From Candidatus Saccharimonadota bacterium (GTDB lineage: Bacteria > Patescibacteriota > Gracilibacteria > BD1-5 > UBA6164), in NCBI GenBank assembly GCA_965227835.1, contig OZ245768.1:150001-182000 (forward strand): a stretch of DNA of 32,000 bases, given 5' to 3'. Shown here one piece after another: positions 30,306-32,000 of the stretch (position 1 is its first letter; each line of letters opens with the position of its first letter). The notes under the pieces are model-generated. The model did no database searches and had not been told where the DNA came from. It worked only from the letters and a program-made list of their open reading frames with translations. Made by a program: the position numbers and the translations under genes.

Positions 30306-31721
30306 ATGACAAAAAAATACGATAAATCTATAATGCTACACACAAGAGACCTAAGAATATTTGACAATAGAACTATTCAAAAAGCATATAATCAAAGCAG
30401 ACAAGTATTGCATATATTTATACTAAATAATCACCAACTAAAACCACCCCATGAAACGCTTGAACTAAATACAAATGCAATTGAATTTATGCACAACTCA
30501 CTAATTGATTTAAATAGACAACTTGAATCAAAACAATCAAAACTAATAATAATGAACTGAGAAATCAAAAATGAATTAAAAAACCTACATAAACAATTTA
30601 GATTTGAAGCAATATACTTATCAAAAGATTATTCTCCCTATGCCATACAAAGAGAAAAAGAAATAAAAGATTTATCTACAGAACTGCAATTTGAAATTGA
30701 CTTAACAGATGAACATATACTCCTAGACGATATATCAAAATATCTCAAACCTACAGACAAAACAATGTATTCAGTTTTTACCCCTATGTATAAAAACTGC
30801 CTACAATATGATGTACCCAAACCATTAAAATATGAATTTGAAACATTAATAGGAGAAAATGAAATCCCAGAAACACTCAAACAAAAAACAAAAAAATCAC
30901 TAGAAAAACTTCAAAAACTGTATATCCCAAATCAAGACTTACTTGTAAAATGATGAAGAAAAGAAGTATTGGAAATATTATCAAAAATCTCAAAATATGA
31001 TTATCTATGACTTAGAAACTACCCCTCACTATCAAAAACCACTCACCTATCAGCCCATCATAAATTTGGAATAATATCTATGAGAGAATCTTATTATCTA
31101 CTATCATGAATATTTAGAGAATTTAAAGATTGAGTATTAAGAGAACTATTTTGGCATGATTTTTTCGTACTAATAGCAAAACATTATCCAAGAGTTTTTG
31201 AATGAGCATTTCAGGAAAAATACAACTCAATCAATTGGTTTGATAACTACAAAGATGAAAAATTTATAAAATGGTGTAGGGGAGAAACAGGATACCCTAT
31301 AGTAGATGCATGAATGAGAGAGCTGAACCAAACATGATATATGCATAATCGTGTAAGAATGATTGTTTCATCATTTCTGACAAAACACTTACAAATTCAC
31401 TGGATGCTTTGAGAAAGATATTTTGCCTCAAAACTAACAGATTATGATAGCTGTGTAAACAATTGATCATGGCAATGGGCTTCTTCTACTTGATGTGATG
31501 CACAACCATACTTTAGAATATTTAACCCATGGTTTCAACAATTAAAATTTGATAAAAACTGTGAATACATAAAAAAATGGATTCCTGAACTTAGTCAGCT
31601 AGAACCCAAAACTATACATAACCTAGAAACTCAATATCCATCTGATTTAAAATACCCCAAACAAATTGTAAACCACAAAGAAGCTAGAGAAAAAGCACTT
31701 AAGTTATTTAAAATAAATTAG
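30306..31721 (+). CDS. phrB: Deoxyribodipyrimidine photolyase, 471 aa
   Basis: [35 protein letters not shown] and [24 protein letters not shown] are present. Frame checked to TAG 31719-21. Trp is TGG while TGA sits at Gly positions. Confidence 0.93.
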
Positions 31722-31799
31722 ATCTAGAAATAAATTTGCAATTATTTATTTTTATTTTATAATAAGCTAAATTATTTTAATTGTTTAATCTCTAATTTT

Positions 31800-32000
31800 A
31801 TGGATTTAGGTATTATTGAACCAGTTCACATTCATAGTTATAAAGACACATGACCTTCGCACCCATCAGTAACCCTAGTAACTTTTAAAGAAAGTGTTAT
31901 AGAATTACTAGAAATGCCTTCAAGTGTAGACAAACTAGTATGAAATATAATAAAACCAGATTCTAAAGAATTAGAATTGATACTTTCTAATATACCTAGT
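31800..32000 (+). CDS. Hypothetical protein, 3' end outside window
   Basis: ATG at 31800, then 67 codons open to the window edge with 2 in-frame TGA. Confidence 0.35.

Noticed and set aside
19849-30880. Track ORFs antisense or out of frame to annotated genes (19849-20142, 22510-22788, 23902-24225, 24664-24920, 25960-26241, 30100-30303, 30638-30880)
   Set aside because: Each lies inside cas12a, mazF-like, cas4, cas2, the 29762-30178 gene or the photolyase gene, whose frames carry family motifs. They are shadow ORFs typical of AT-rich DNA.

Overview
Very AT-rich bacterial DNA; single 60-nt lines hand-count to about 12-23% GC. TGA is read as glycine (translation table 25, as in Gracilibacteria/Absconditabacteria-type CPR lineages). 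Standard-code ORF calling therefore shatters almost every native gene. Read with TGA as sense, the window holds: a PP-loop protein (5' partial), a PBP2/FtsI transpeptidase, tRNA-Phe, a TM-helix-repeat membrane protein, a small 2Fe-2S protein, cysS with a GC-rich in-frame insertion, glutaredoxin 2, a DUF2335 protein and a photolyase. It also holds a complete type V-A CRISPR-Cas locus: cas12a, a small ORF, a Phd/YefM-MazF/PemK toxin-antitoxin pair, cas4, cas1, cas2, a leader, and 35 repeats with 34 spacers. The standout is an ~8 kb six-gene minus-strand operon (10029-18052) beside the CRISPR locus. It encodes a long coiled-coil protein, an unknown protein, a classical Vps4/katanin-like AAA ATPase, another unknown protein, and two membrane proteins. 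This block is written in the standard code. It has no in-frame TGA in about 2,600 codons, uses TGA as the stop at three ATGNNTGA gene junctions, has strong Shine-Dalgarno sites, and is visibly GC-richer (about 40% on spot lines). It looks like a recently imported, uncharacterised system, either a defence or a membrane-remodelling candidate, whose stops conflict with the host code. The array also shows seed-variant spacer pairs and an ABBABA spacer duplication at its old end.
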